From contig NC_083413.1 of the NCBI RefSeq assembly GCF_020745735.1, forward strand, positions 28,768,001 to 28,832,000: a stretch of DNA of 64,000 bases. The letters run 5' to 3'. The stretch is from Hemiscyllium ocellatum. Lineage: Eukaryota. Positions 25,606 through 38,649 of this stretch are shown one piece after another. The position numbers were made by a program, and so were the translations under genes. Each line of letters begins with the position of its first letter. Position 1 is the stretch's first letter. The notes beneath the pieces were generated by a model. It was not told the origin of the DNA. It worked only from the letters and a program-made list of their open reading frames with translations, and did no database searches.

Positions 25606-28600
25606 AATAGAGATGTACAGCACGGAAACAGATCCTTCGGTCCAATTCGTCCATGCCAACCAGATATCCCAACCTAACCTAGTCCTACTTGCCAGCACCC
25701 GGCACCATCCCTCCAAACCCCTCCTATTCCTACAATCATCCAAATGCCATTTAAATGTTGCAATTGTACTCGCCTCCAGCACTTCCTCTTGCAGCTCATT
25801 CCATACATGTACCGCCCTCTGCATGAAAAAGTTGCCCCTTAGGTTTCTTTTATATCTTTTCCCTCTCACCCTAGACCTATGCCCTCTATTTCTGGACTCC
25901 CCCACCCCAGGGAAGAGACTTTGTCTATTTATCCTATCCATGTCCCTCATGATTTTATAAACCTCTATAAGGTCACCCCTCAGTATCCAACATTCCAGGG
26001 AAAACAGCCCCAACCTATTCAACCTCTCCCGATAGCTCAAATCCTCCAACCCTAGCAATATCCTTGTGAATCTTTTCTGAACTCTTTCAAGTTTCACAAC
26101 ATCCTTCCGATAGAAAGGAGACCAGAAATGCATGCAATATTCCAAAAGTGGCCTAACCAATGTCGTGTACAGCCGCAACATGACATCCCAACTCCTGTAC
26201 TCAATACTCTGACCAACAAAGGAAAGCATACCAAATGCCTTCTTCACTTTCTTATTTACTTGTGACTCTACTTTCAAGGAGCCATGAACCTGCACTCCAA
26301 GGTCTCTTGCTAAGATTTGCTTTCTCAAAATGCAGTATCTCCCATTTATCTAAATTAAACTCCATCTGCCACTCCTCAGCCCATTGACCCATCTGATCAA
26401 GATCCCATTGTAATCTGAGGTAACTTTCTTCGCTGTCCACTACACCTCCAATTTTGCTGTCATCTGCAAACTTAATAACTATACCTCTAATACTCACACC
26501 CAAATCATTTATTTAACTGATGAAAAGTAGTGGACTGAGCATCGGTCCTTGTGGCCATTCCACTGGTCACAGGCCTCCAGTCTGAAAAACAAGCCTTCAC
26601 CTTCACCTCTATCTTCTACGTTCCAGCCAGTTCTGTATTCAAATGGCTCGTTCTCCGTATAATCCATGAGCTCTAATCTTGCTAACCAGTCTCCCATGGG
26701 GAACCTTGACGAACGCCTTACTGAAGTCCATACAGATCATGTCCACTGCTCTGCCCTCATCAATTCTCTTTGTTACTTCTTCAAAAAACTCAATCAAGTT
26801 CATGAGACATGATTTCCCTTGCACAAAGCCATGTTGACTAGATTCCTGATGAAGGGCTTTTGCCCAAAATGTCGATTTTCCTGCTCCTCGGATGCTGCCT
26901 GACCTGCTGTGTTTTTCCAGCACCACTCTAATCTATCGCTAATCAGTCCTTGCCTTTCCAAATACATGTAAATCCTCTCCCTCAGGATTCTCTCTAACAA
27001 CTTGCCTACCACCGATGTCAGGCTCACCAGTCCACAGTTCCTTGACTTTTTCTTACCACCTTTCCTAAATAATGGGACCATGTTAGCCAACCTCCAGTAT
27101 TCTAGCACCTCATCTGTGACTATAGATGATACAAATATCTCAGCCAGAGGCCCAGCAATCACTTCCCTAGCTTCCCACAGAGTTCTGGGGTACACCTGAT
27201 CAGGTCCTGGGGTATCCACTTTTATGCGTTTCAAGACATTGAGAACCTACTCCTTTGTAATATGGACATTTTTCAAGATGGCACCATCTATTTCCCTACA
27301 TTCTATATCTTCCATGTCTTTTTCCACAGTAAACACTGATGCAAAATACATGTTTCATATCTCCCCCATCTTCTGAGGCTCCACACAAAGGCCGCCTTGC
27401 TGATCTTTGAGGGACCCTATTCTTTCCCTAGTTATCCTTTTGTCCTTAATGTATTTGTAAAAACCCTTTCAATTATCCTTAACCCTATTTCATGTCCCCT
27501 TTTTGCCTTCCTGATTTCCCTCTTAAGTATACTCCTACTGCCTTTATACTCTTCAAAGGATTCACTTGATCTTCTGTTTATACCTGACGTATGGTTCTTT
27601 CTTTTTCTTAACCAAACCTTTAATTTCTCTTGTAATCCAGCATTCCCTATATTACCAGTCTTCCCTTTCACCCTCACAGGAATATATTTTCTCTGGACTC
27701 TTGTTATCTCATTTCAGAAGACTTCCCATTTTCCAAGCCATCCCTTTACCTGCGAACATCCGCCCCCATACAGCTTTTGAAAGTTCTTGCCTAATATCCT
27801 AAAAATGATCCTTCCTCCAGTTTAGAACTTCAACTTTTAGAATTGGTCTATCCTTTTCCATCACTATTTTAAAACCAATAGAATTATGATTGCTGGCCCC
27901 AAACTGCTCCCTCACTGACACCTCAGTCACCTGCTCTGCCTTATTTTCCGATAGTAGGTCAAGTTTTGCATCTTCTCTGGTAGGTACATCCACATACTGA
28001 ATCAGAAAATTTTCTTGTACATGCTTTAACAAATTCCTCTCCATCTAAAGCCCTAACACTATGGTAGTCCCAGTCTATATTTGGAAAGTTAAAATCCTCT
28101 ACCATAACCACCATATCAGTACAGATAACTGAGATCTCCTTACAAACTTGTTTCTCAATTTCCCACTGACTAATACAACCATTAATACAATCCCAGTAAA
28201 AATGATCATTCCTTTCTTATTTCTCAGTTCCACCCAAATAACTTCCTTGGATGGATTTCCGAGAGTGTCCTCCCTCAGTACAGCTGTAATGCTATCCCTT
28301 ATCAAAAACGCCACTCCCCCTCCTCTCTTGCCTTCCTTTCTGTCCTTCCTGTAGCAGTTGTATTCTGGAACATTAAGCTGCCAGTCCTGTCCATCCCTAA
28401 GCCACGTTTCTGTAATTGCTATGATATCCCAGTCCCATATTCCTAACCATGTCCTGAGTTCATCTGCCTTCCCTGTTAGGCCCCCTGCATTTAAATAAAT
28501 GCAATTTAATTTACCAGTCCTACTTTGTTCTCCACTTTGCCTCTGCCTGCCCTGACTGTTTGACTTGCTTCTTTTCTCAACTGTCAGTCTCAGACTGATC

Positions 28601-30140
28601 TCTTTCCTCACTTTCTCCCTGGGTCCCACCACCCCGCGCCCCCCCCCATCTTACTAGTCTAAATCCTCCTGAGCAGCTCTCGCAAATCTCCTTGCCACTA
28701 TATTAATCCCTTCTAATTCAGGTGTAATCTGTCCTTCTTGCACAGATCACTTCTACCCCAGAAGAGATTCCAATGATCCAAAAATGTGAATCCTCCCATT
28801 CACCAGCTCCTCAACCATGCATTCATCTGCTCTATCCTCCTTTTCCTACTCTCAGTAGCTAGTAGCACTGGGAGTAATCCAGATATTACTATGCTTGAGG
28901 ACCTCCATTTTAAATTCCTGCCTAACTCTATATTCTCCCTCAGAATGTCATCTTTTTCCCTTCCCATTTTGTTGGTTCCAATCTGTACAATGACCTCCTG
29001 CTGGTCCCTCTCCCCCCTTGAGAACATTCTGCACCCTCTCTGAGATATCCTTGATACTAGTACCAGGGAGGCAACATACCATTAGGATTTTTCACTGCTG
29101 GCCACAGAAACGTCTGTCTGTACCTCGGATTAGAGATTCCCCTAACATAATTGATCTCCTGGAACCTGATGTGCCCCTGTCTTGATACCAGAAACTTGGC
29201 TGTTCATGCTACTTTCCCCTGAGAATCCTACGTTTTCCAAAACAGCATGCTTGTTTGAAATGGGGATAGCCACAGAAGACTCCTGCACTGCCTGTCTATC
29301 TCTCTTATCTTTCCTGGAGCTAACCCATTTTTATGACTGTATCTGTGGCTTTCCTTCCTTCCTATAACTGCGTCCCATCCATCACACCCTCTTGCTCTTG
29401 TAAATTCTTCATTACCTCTAACTGTCGCTCTAACCGATCCATTAGATCTGATAGGATTCGCAACCAAAGGCATGTATTGCAGATATAATCCCCAGTAACA
29501 TGTAAACCTCCCTAAGCTCCCTGATCCAACAAGAAGAGCGTGTCATTTTACTCAGGGCCATTTGTGCTTCTTCCAATCTACAGACCTAGAAAATTGCACC
29601 GTCTTTTTCCTCTACAAAACACTGTTCCAGGCTAACTTAATAATTATGGCTTATATTTTTAAGTTTAATCAAGAGACATACCTCAATAAAACACTTAATC
29701 AAGAAAGAACCCACTCTACTCACTGTTGTAGACTCGCAGCAAGGCTATACTTAAAACTATTCAACTTGTCCTGTTTCCGTGCGGTGACCTCTCCCAAACA
29801 GGTTCCTCCAAGATCAGTTGTAAATTTCACTGTTTGTCAATTTTCCTAGACGCATTCCGATGTTCAGCGATACATGAATTCAACAGCAAAAGCAGTAACT
29901 GCATAGATTCACTGCTGTGTCAGTTAGCAGTGGGTTTCTTCTTTTCTTTCTCCTGCACTGACCTGACCATGTGCTGCCTGTGTCTGTCCTCTTTCTTTTA
30001 AAAGTCCCATTGTTTTGACATTTTTTTTCCTCCAAAGTTTCAAAACAATGCAACATCATATAGAACAGGAATTGCTGCTCCTGGGATTCAAGGAACTCAC
30101 CTCCAGCACCTATAATTCCTCAAAACAGGAGCAGCCTGTT
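25606..30140 (-). mobile_element. Near full-length CR1 LINE (5' UTR, ORF1 esterase-like, ORF2 endonuclease and RT), frameshifted
   Basis: ORF1 peptides EVIVQIGTN...IVISGLLP (28800-29027). ORF2 peptides DIIAITETWL, DFSKAFVKVPH, KFADDSKIGG and LVRPLLEYCMHFWSP. A short PLE insert sits at ~26841-26930. Confidence 0.92.
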
Positions 30141-30255
30141 ATAAGAAAGGGAGGATACAGCTTTGTTGGGGTTCCATGTACCCAATTTAGGTCAGTGCCA
30201 CCATCCTCCTTATGTAATGTATTTTATTTCAAAAACATTTATCTTTTCTTCACAG

Positions 30256-31862
30256 GTGACATTTTGAATTTGAAGATCTTTCGTTCTTGGGAATTCAATA
30301 CCAGCTATCCGAGCAGATCAATCCTTTTCCCAATGGCCACAACTGGATTTTCCTTCATTGTCCTGAAAACTTTACACAATTTTGGATTATTTGGCAGTAT
30401 CCTAAACAGCTACAGTTTGTTGATTTTTCCCAGATTATACCTGACATGCCTATCCTTTATATTGGATTACTCTATATACCATTTAGCCTGTCTCTGGGGA
30501 GCAGACCCTTGGCATTCTTTAATACTGCTGAGTGGGTCACATGTGATGTTGGTTTTTTACACAAGACCATTTTCAAATGTTATAGAAGGAGTTCTATTTG
30601 CATTACTGCTGCTGTTTGTGGCTATGGACGTACAGCAAACAAGTGTGGCAATACATCCTAAGGAGGAGGAAAGAACGAACAATAAATATCTTATTGGGGT
30701 TGTTTTGGTCTCTGGATTTTTTAATAGGCCCACATTCATTAGTTACGCTTTAATGCCAATGCTCTTGTGGCTTTCTCATGATCAGAAAGAAAAGTTTCAA
30801 TTCAACTTAAGAACAATACTGAAAACATCATTTAGCATTTTTTCACCTGTAATTGTAACCAGTTTTGTTTTCATTATTATTGATACACTATATTTTAATT
30901 TATTGGTTTCTGAAATTGATTGGTTTATGGAAGATAGAAATTCTATACACAAACATATCATTAATCTAAGTAAACGCCTAGTTTTAACTCCACTTAATTT
31001 CATTTTGTATAACTTGGATCCAGACAATCTTTCTGTACATGGGAGGCATCCCTGGTTTACACATCTGACTGTTAATGGTTTTACAATGTTTGGTGCTCTT
31101 CACTTGTCAGCTTTTGTATCTGTTATCAGAATTACAACTCAGAAGTCTGTTGGCATAGGTAGGCGTCATGACCCAAAGAAACAGCAGTTTGAAAAGAGAT
31201 TACGAATGCAGTTTCCTGTTCCCCCTCCAATTACTAAGTATTTAATTTTGGTCTATTTTGTTCCTCTAATCATCTTGTCCTTGTTCAGTCATCAGGAGGC
31301 ACGGTTTCTTAGTCCACTTATTATACCAGTTGTTATACATAGTGTTTTAAATTATGAGATATTGAGGGGGAAAGCTGTAATTGTTGTGTTTAACATTTTA
31401 TGTTCTGTATTTTTTGGCTGTCTGCACCAGGGTGGCTTAATTCCTTGTTTGTCCTATTTAGAAAATGTTTTGCATTCAAAAGATCCCATAGCTAACCAGT
31501 CTGAGCATGATTTGATATTTTATCACACCTACATGCCTCCTAGATATCTCTTGAACATCAAATCAGACCAAGAGTATATCAGAATCATTGACTTGGGAGG
31601 GTCTGATGTGTCTATACTCAATAACACAGTGAACGGATTGCACGACAATTTCTCAATGCACTTGACAAATATTTACATTATTGCACCTGGCACTGTTCAA
31701 GATGATATCAAAAGCTGTGGCTTTCATTGGAAAACTGTTGTATCATTCTTCCCTCATTTAACTATGGAAGATCCACCTGATATTTCTTCTTTTCTTTATG
31801 AAGATGGATTGAACCAGCTGAGTCTTTACATTTTCAAAGTGCACACAAAATCAAAGATTTAG
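30256..31862 (+). CDS. PIGZ: PIGZ last coding exon (spliced protein 574 aa)
   Basis: Acceptor TTTTCTTCACAG at 30255. The phase-1 join gives EVMA-G-DILNLKIFRSWEF. Family motifs TRPFSNVIE, GFFNRPTF, HQEARFL, LHQGG and FFPHLTMEDPP. Multi-pass hydrophobic, TAG stop. Confidence 0.96.
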
Positions 31863-32397
31863 AATATTAAGATTACAGCTGATTTGTGAACTCAGTTCTG
31901 TTTTTCCAAAAAGGCCACATGCTTTTATTCCCCTTGAGACCAAATACTAATGCATTTCAGTCTTGAATACACTCAAGACTGAGCATCCACAATGCAGTGG
32001 AGAATTTCAAAGATTCACAGTATTCTGTGTAAGGGGAGGAGCGGGATGTGAGAACAACATGTAAACATCCAAACTGTCCAGTCTACTCAGAATTTTAAAA
32101 GATTAGTTGAGACCACACATCATTTTCCTAAACTCCAGAGCAACTATATTTTGAAGATGTCATTCTAGCTTCTTCTGTGATGTATTTGTAAATGCAAGTA
32201 TTTATTTATATACTTACATTTGCAGAAATGCTGGCTCTAGGTGACTATAAATTATTAGAGTCTTTCAGGTGATTTACAAAAGGTACCATATATGGCATTT
32301 TGTTGGTAAGAAATGTAGATCAAGTTCAATGTAGGTTAGGATTAGGTATTAAAAGTACAAGAATGAGTTTTATTTATATGCTTCATTTAACATATTT

Positions 32398-32735
32398 AGG
32401 GCAGCACAGTGGTTCTGTGATTAGCACTGTTGCCTCACAACACCAGGGACCCAGGTTTGATTCCAGCCTGAGCCAAGTGTGTGTCCCCGTGTCTGTGCAG
32501 GTTTCCTCCGTGTGCTCCGGTTTCCTCCCACAATCCAAAGATGTACAGGTTAGGTGAACTGGTTGTGCTAAATTGTCCAGTGTTCAGGGATGTGTAGGTT
32601 GGGTGCATTTGTCAGGGCTGAAAATGTGTTGCTGGAAAAGCGCAGCAGGTCAGGCAGCATCCAAGGAGCAGCGGAGGGTCGGTGTGGACTTGTTGGGCTG
32701 AAGGATTTGTTTCCACACTGTAGGGATTCTATGAA
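32398..32735 (+). mobile_element. HE1-like SINE in the probable PIGZ 3' UTR, with a PLE-derived piece at ~32618-32672
   Basis: tRNA-like head, V-domain and TTTCCACACTGTAGGGATTCTATG tail. Confidence 0.8.
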
Positions 32736-33206
32736 CATAGTGAAACATCCTGCTGTGCTTAACAAGAGGGTCATGAATCGTAGGAATTATCAGGCCAGAA
32801 TTCCAAAAGCACTAAGATCTCCGACACTGGTGGAGCCTACGGAAATACAGCTCATCTCTGTGCTCTGATTACCTCAGTTCCAAAGGACTATTATGTAACT
32901 TTCAAATACTAAAATGTGGTTGAAAATAGAAATTGTGGTTTATGCATTTACTACACAGGCCCCTGTTAATTTTAGCAGATTCTGGGGAACAAATGTGAGC
33001 TCAAAATCAGAATATTTTCTACACTTAGTTTGTAACTTTCTGTCATATTCTCATTAAGAAATTTAAAATATGACTTTTTGCAGACAAAGCCTCTAGTAGA
33101 AATATATTAACTTAATATTAAGAAATCCAGTCGTAAAATTGTTTATTTTTAACCATTTACTTTAATGTGTATTCCATCTCAGTTTCACAGCTGTTAATAT
33201 GTACGC

Positions 33207-33212
33207 AATAAA
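33207..33212 (+). terminator. Candidate PIGZ polyadenylation signal
   Basis: AATAAA preceded by TGTA (33200-33203), about 1.35 kb after the stop codon. Confidence 0.45.
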
Positions 33213-34760
33213 GTACTAAAATGGTTTAAGAAATCAGGTGATGCTTCTCTTTACACTGTATTCATATTGTAGATCTAATGTCTTTTCATTGTCACATCAT
33301 TTGATATAACTGTGTAGTTTTTCATAGACCAGTACATTAACTTGTGATATGATGTGGGTCAGGTGGTAAATTTGATTAAATCATAAGTATAACAGTAACT
33401 AAGCTAATTGTCTAAACTATATTTAATATGATGAACCATCTCAATAAGCAGATACTTATCAGTACTGCTAACATCTGGTATTCAAATGTCTTTCCCAAAT
33501 ATTGTGCAGGGGCTACTAAGGGTGACACCCGGTTGTAACTAATGTAATAATTTTAGAAACTTATAGCAGAGAGAGAGGTCATTTGGCCCATTGTGCTAGT
33601 ACATGCTCTTTGAAACAGCAATGGTGTATTGTTCCACATTATCCCACCATTTTTCCACAGCCATGTAAGTTCATCATCCTCAAATATTTCAAAAGTATTT
33701 AGTAGGAACAGTTTCCATTTCAAGTACAGTAATTTAGATCTCAACTTTCTCAAGAAAAAAGAAAATTATCTTGCTCTCTCTCTTCAAGACATTTTCTAAT
33801 GATTTTGGATTTTCTTTCACCATTTATCAAAATCTCTCATCTTAAAATCTCTTAACAAGTAATTTCTTAACCTTTGTTACAACAGTTGACCATATTTTTG
33901 TAACCCACTCATAACTCAAAAGTATCATTGATACATTCTAATAAATGGACTCTGCACATCTTAAATCCCTTTATGTTATTTTTTGAAGTGAATTATCCAG
34001 AATGCATCATGACAGTCTAGCTGAAGTCCACCTAGTGATTTATAATGCTCTAGAATAATTTGTTATTTTCTTTTTCCCCTAGTTATAAACCAAAGCAATC
34101 AATTTTTTCACCATTTTATCCTATCACCTTTTAGGATTTGTCCCGCTACTCCATGGGTCACAACTTAAATCAAGTTTGTCAGCCATGACTCATTAGGAGA
34201 GAGATTTGATGCCATCAGCAGACCTAGGCATGCTTATGTTTGAAAAAGAGAGAAAACAAGAATAAAATAGTGATCTTACAGAAAGGCTGAGAATGTTGCA
34301 GCTGTGTTTTTCTATTTATAACTATACAATTAATTTATACGGATGGGAAAGTAGAAATTTCAATTTTTTTCAGACAAATTTGGGGGAAATAAAACATTTC
34401 AGTTAATTTTCTTCTACTGAAGTTAGTTGGTAATAAGGCTTTCTTTTTTAGGCTTTAAGGTTTATTACCAAATAAAAGAATTGCAGAGTATCTCAAATGT
34501 TTGGACTTCACATCCTGTCAATGTGATCCTATTGTGGATAACAGCTCAAACTCTAGATTTCAGAGCTTGAGCAGCAGTTGGCATCATGCAACATGCCTTC
34601 AAGGATAGCCTATTATAGATGAAGTCAGCACACAGTTTATGCATACACAGGGAAATAGAGAATGGGTGACCATTAGCCAATCAAGGAGAAACAGGCAGAT
34701 CATGCAGGAGTCCTGCATCTCATTTTCCAATCAATACTTACTTTGTAATTCTGATTTAGA

Positions 34761-34900
34761 GATCACACAACACCAAGTTATAGTCCAAAAGGTTTATTTG
34801 GAAGCATTAGTACTTCCAAATGAATCTGTTGAACTATAACCTGGTGTTGTGTGATTTAGTAACTTTGTCCACCCTAGTCCAACACTGGCACCTCCACATC
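34761..34900. mobile_element. Short palindromic PLE-derived element (family C)
   Basis: ATCACACAACACCAAGTTATAGT...TTTGGAAG and CTTCCAAA...ACTATAACCTGGTGTTGTGTGAT pair around a very short loop. Confidence 0.75.
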
Positions 34901-35459
34901 ATGGAATACTGATGTAAGTGATGGTTCATCTGCAGAGTGAAGCCAGTTAGGTCTGTGGCACCTTGGCTGACTCAGTTGTACAGAAGGCATGAGGAATACT
35001 GGAAGAACAACAGTAATAGAAGATTCAATAGTTAAGGAGTAAAGAGGGGATTCTGCAGCCACAGGCATGAATCCAGGATGGTGAGTTCTTTCTCTGGTGT
35101 CAGGGATATAAATGTCACTGAACTTGTGCAGAACACCCAGGATATGAACACTGTTGTTAATAATATGGACAATTTAGCTAGAATTTAGGAACCTGCTTGC
35201 CTTACCCCAATTGAAGCCTTTAAGTGGGCAACTAATGACTAGTTAAGGACTGTTTGCCAACAGAACACAATTATGAGGCTAGCGAGAGGAATTCAGGAGC
35301 AGGAAAGAATTTCAGAAAGTCGCCCCACTCAAATCTTGGGTGGGTAGTGGGACTTCCATCAACGACCTTCATTCAACATTAGGGACTTCCTCCACAAGTT
35401 CTACTCCCATGAGTGCCACTGCAATTATTTCCCTTCCAATCCTTTGAAGAGTCACTCCA

Positions 35460-35682
35460 ACTTAGGCGTCTGACTGTGTGGAGTTTGCACATTTTCCCCG
35501 TGTCTGCGTGGGTTTCCTCCCATACTCCAAAGGTGTGCAGATCAGGTGAATTGGCTATGCTAAATTGCCCGTAGTGTTAGGTAAAGGGGTAAATGTAGGG
35601 GAATGGGTGGGTTGCGCTTTGGCGGGTCGGTGTGGACTTGTTGGGCCGAAGGGCCTGTTTCCACACTGTAAGTAATCTAATC
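35460..35682 (+). mobile_element. HE1-like SINE, 5' truncated
   Basis: V-domain remnant plus GGGCCTGTTTCCACACTGTAAGTAATCTAATC tail. Confidence 0.85.
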
Positions 35683-36116
35683 CCCAAGTGGTGAGAATTC
35701 CTTGACATCAAGGCCACATTTGACCAATTATGATATCAAGAAGTCCTTGCAAAACCACAGAAAATAGGAATCATAGGAGTAATACCTAGCATAAAGGAAG
35801 ATGGCTATGGTTGTTGGAGGTCAGTTTCAAGTCGCAAGTAACATTTTAACCACGTAAGTGCCTGGCAATGACCATTTCTAATGAAAGAGAAAGCATTACG
35901 ATTGCTGAATTACTATCAACATCCTGGGGTTACTATTGACCAGAAACTGAACTGGACTTGCCATATACATATTGTGGCTACAAAAGTAGGCCAGAGTATA
36001 GGGATCCTGCTGTGATTAACTCATGTGACTGTCCAAAGACTGTTCACCATGTACAAGGCTCGCAGTCAGGCACGTGACAGAATACTCCCCATTTGCTTGT
36101 ATGAATACAACTTCAG

Positions 36117-36303
36117 AGTCGAGAATATCGTGCTGGAAAAGCACAGCAGGTCAGGCAGCATCCGAGGAGCAATAAAATCTAGGTTTTGGGCATAAGCCCT
36201 TCATCAGGCATGTCCGAAAACGTCGATTCTCCTGCCCCTCGGATGCTGCCTGACTTGCGCCACACTCTCAACTCTGATCTCTAGCATCTGCAGTCCTCAC
36301 TTT
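36117..36303. mobile_element. Short inverted PLE family A terminal-repeat element
   Basis: GCAGGTCAGGCAGCATCCGAGGAGCA is mirrored by TGCCCCTCGGATGCTGCCTGACTTGC. A degenerate hammerhead-like motif lies between them. Confidence 0.75.
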
Positions 36304-37766
36304 GAGTACAACTCCAATAAAACTCAAGAAACTTGACTTCATTTGAGAACAAAGTAGTCCTGTTAATTGGCATCACATTCACACCCTCCACAGTATTAGT
36401 ACACACAGTAGCAGCAGTGGACACAAGCTGCACTACACAAATTCAACAAGATTCTCAGACATCATCTTCCAAATATCTGAACACTACCCTCTCAAAAAAT
36501 TGGGCAGCAAACACATGAGAACACTAACACCTGCAAGATCTCCCTGATGCTGCTCAACAAATAATGTATGAAATCCAATGTCACTAGGTCAAAATCCTAG
36601 GACTTGTTACCAACATTATATGAGTGTACTTTCAGCAACTGGATGCAAGTGGTTCAAGAAGGCAACTCATAACAACCTTCCAAGACAACTTGGGCTGGAA
36701 GATAAATGCTGGCTGTATTAGAGACACCCACTTACCATGCATGAATATTTAAAAAGACAGGTCAATTGATCTGGACCAATCTCAAGACACCACTGTTGCT
36801 GCATATAAAAACAAAATGACTGTGCATGTTGGAGTTCTGAAATAAAAACAAAGTGCTGAAAAACTTCAGCAGGTTTGGTAAAGTATAAGCTTAGAAATTC
36901 CCACTCTAACCTGACATTGCACACTTTAAAATGCCACTCCTACAAAAAGTTTTGATCATTACTTCTAAAATTTCTTTGCACGGTTCAGTCTCAAGTTGTG
37001 TTGAGCAATCCACAACATGGTTTGGGTGGGACATTTAAGGTACTATATGAATACAAGTTGTTAAAACATCTAAAAGTTCCAGATTGTGTTCTTTCAGCTT
37101 ATTTTCTCAATAATGCTCTCTCATTAGGGACCTAGATTTTAAGAAGGCCTGAAATGTCTGATATTAATGCATTATCATGAACAAGTGTAGCCTGAGGTTA
37201 TTTTCCTGTGAAATATATTTAAACATAAATGGCACCATGTAAGGTTTCCACTTTATAAATAAAAAATGATTTGTCCAAGTAATAAGGCAAATAACAATTA
37301 ACAATGTTTTCTTTAATTCTTTGGACTATCACAGGACATTTCTGACGAATTGTGTGCACAATTTACATTGTCATCAATGAATTTGCACAGCATTTAAAGT
37401 GAATCCCAAATAGTTACAGCACAATTGCGGCCAACATAGGAAAATTGTCAGATGGCATCTATTTAATCTGACAATTTGGTGAAAAAGTGTCACGATTCTG
37501 ACCTTGTGCTGATGACAATAAATATTCATAACATTTCAAAAGAATTTCAAAGTCAGTGTGTCGCTACATCGGAATCCAACCACCATGAATACTGAAAGGG
37601 AATTTACCCAAATGTTAGCTGGAGTATCCCCAGGACAGATCTTTACCGTGGTGCTTTTAAAATAGGATAACTTTTCAAAGTCTTCCTCTTTGGTCCAGTC
37701 ACCACAGCAGGTGTCGGAGAGTGCGGAGAATCAACTCCAGGGAGATTCCAGTTTTTAATGTATGTT

Positions 37767-38057
37767 TCACTTTTCACCTTTCTTCTTCCCCAAAGAGTCC
37801 TTCAGCTCCTTCGCAATGGCGTCTTTCAGTTCGGCCAGTTTCTTGTTGAGGTCGCGGGGAATGTCCCCCTTCTCCAGGAGCTGCCGCAGGGCGTTGAATT
37901 GACTCAGTCGCTCGGCCACATTCTGGCCTCTCAGCTGGAGCCGTGCTATCACATAGACGGTGATCTGGGCCGCTCGCCGCATCGGCATAGACTCCGACAG
38001 CTTCTCGATCAGCCGCGCGTTATTCAACACCGACTGCAGCAGCTTTCGCAGTACCAT
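37767..38057 (-). CDS. NCBP2AS2: NCBP2AS2 microprotein, single coding exon, 96 aa
   Basis: MVLRKLLQSVLNNARLIEKLSESMPMRRAAQITVYVIARLQLRGQ resembles the human N-terminus MVLRRLL...LSESRPIRRAAQLT...QLRGQ as recalled. Strong Kozak context CCCGCCATGG. Head-to-head with NCBP2. Confidence 0.93.
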   Translation of the reverse strand: MVLRKLLQSVLNNARLIEKLSESMPMRRAAQITVYVIARLQLRGQNVAERLSQFNALRQLLEKGDIPRDLNKKLAELKDAIAKELKDSLGKKKGEK

Positions 38058-38507
38058 GGCGGGCACTCAGCCTCGTGCTCTTCCCCCGCTCACCTCCCGG
38101 GCTGACCTCCCCGCTACTCGGCCATCGACTCCATCGTCCAATCACCATGGAAACCACTCGATCACCTCGGCGATCGGCTGCGACGCTCCCTCACTTTCAC
38201 TGTCCGGCGGGCAGGAGAAATCATTTGTTTAAAAAAAAACCAAGACTATGCATCTTGCTCATATTTTGCCTTTACGGAAACTGAATGTAAACACGAACCA
38301 TTGTGCATTTTCTGATTCTAAATCGGACGACAATTCTCGCCAAAAGACGGTTTAATTTCAGGAACGATCAGCCCGGAGGCGGCGGTAGCCCGGACCGTTT
38401 CAAGTGGACGGACCGGAAGAGGACGGGATTTTCCAGTCACGTGCTGCTCCCGGCAGTTCGGGTCCGTTTGGTTGGAGGTTGCTGTTTGTTTTTATTTCTG
38501 TGGTGTC
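38058..38507. promoter_or_regulatory. Bidirectional CpG-island promoter of NCBP2AS2 and NCBP2
   Basis: 450 bp between the divergent ATGs. CCAAT 38138-38142, ETS CCGGAAG 38413-38419, GGGATTTTCC 38425-38434, E-box GTCACGTG 38436-38443. Confidence 0.85.
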
Positions 38508-38582
38508 ATGTCTATTGTACTGAATGCCCTCAACAGTGATTCTCATGTGGAGCTGAGCCAGTACCGGGATCAACATTTCCGG
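38508..38582 (+). CDS. NCBP2: NCBP2 (CBP20) exon 1
   Basis: Encodes MSIVLNALNSDSHVELSQYRDQHFR. Donor CGG|GTAATG. Confidence 0.96.
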
Positions 38583-38649
38583 GTAATGCGTCTATTGTGT
38601 TCTCTTCCCGACCTGTTATAACCCGAGTTAACCAGGCAGTACCTCCCTG

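Noticed and set aside
30015-30255. N-terminal 80 aa of the 615-aa ORF as part of PIGZ
   Set aside because: Intron and CR1 5' UTR sequence. Homology starts at the 30255 acceptor, and the true start exon is at 21070.
31839-31862. ER-retrieval dilysine signal at the PIGZ C-terminus (HTKSKI)
   Set aside because: Lysines are at -4 and -2, which fits neither KKxx nor KxKxx.
38058-38066. Track start MPAM for NCBP2AS2
   Set aside because: It begins at GTG. The ATG at 38057 has the Kozak context and matches the homolog N-terminus.
37758-38539. Plus-strand ORFs over the CpG island
   Set aside because: Antisense shadows of NCBP2AS2 or GC-rich promoter sequence, with no recognisable domain.
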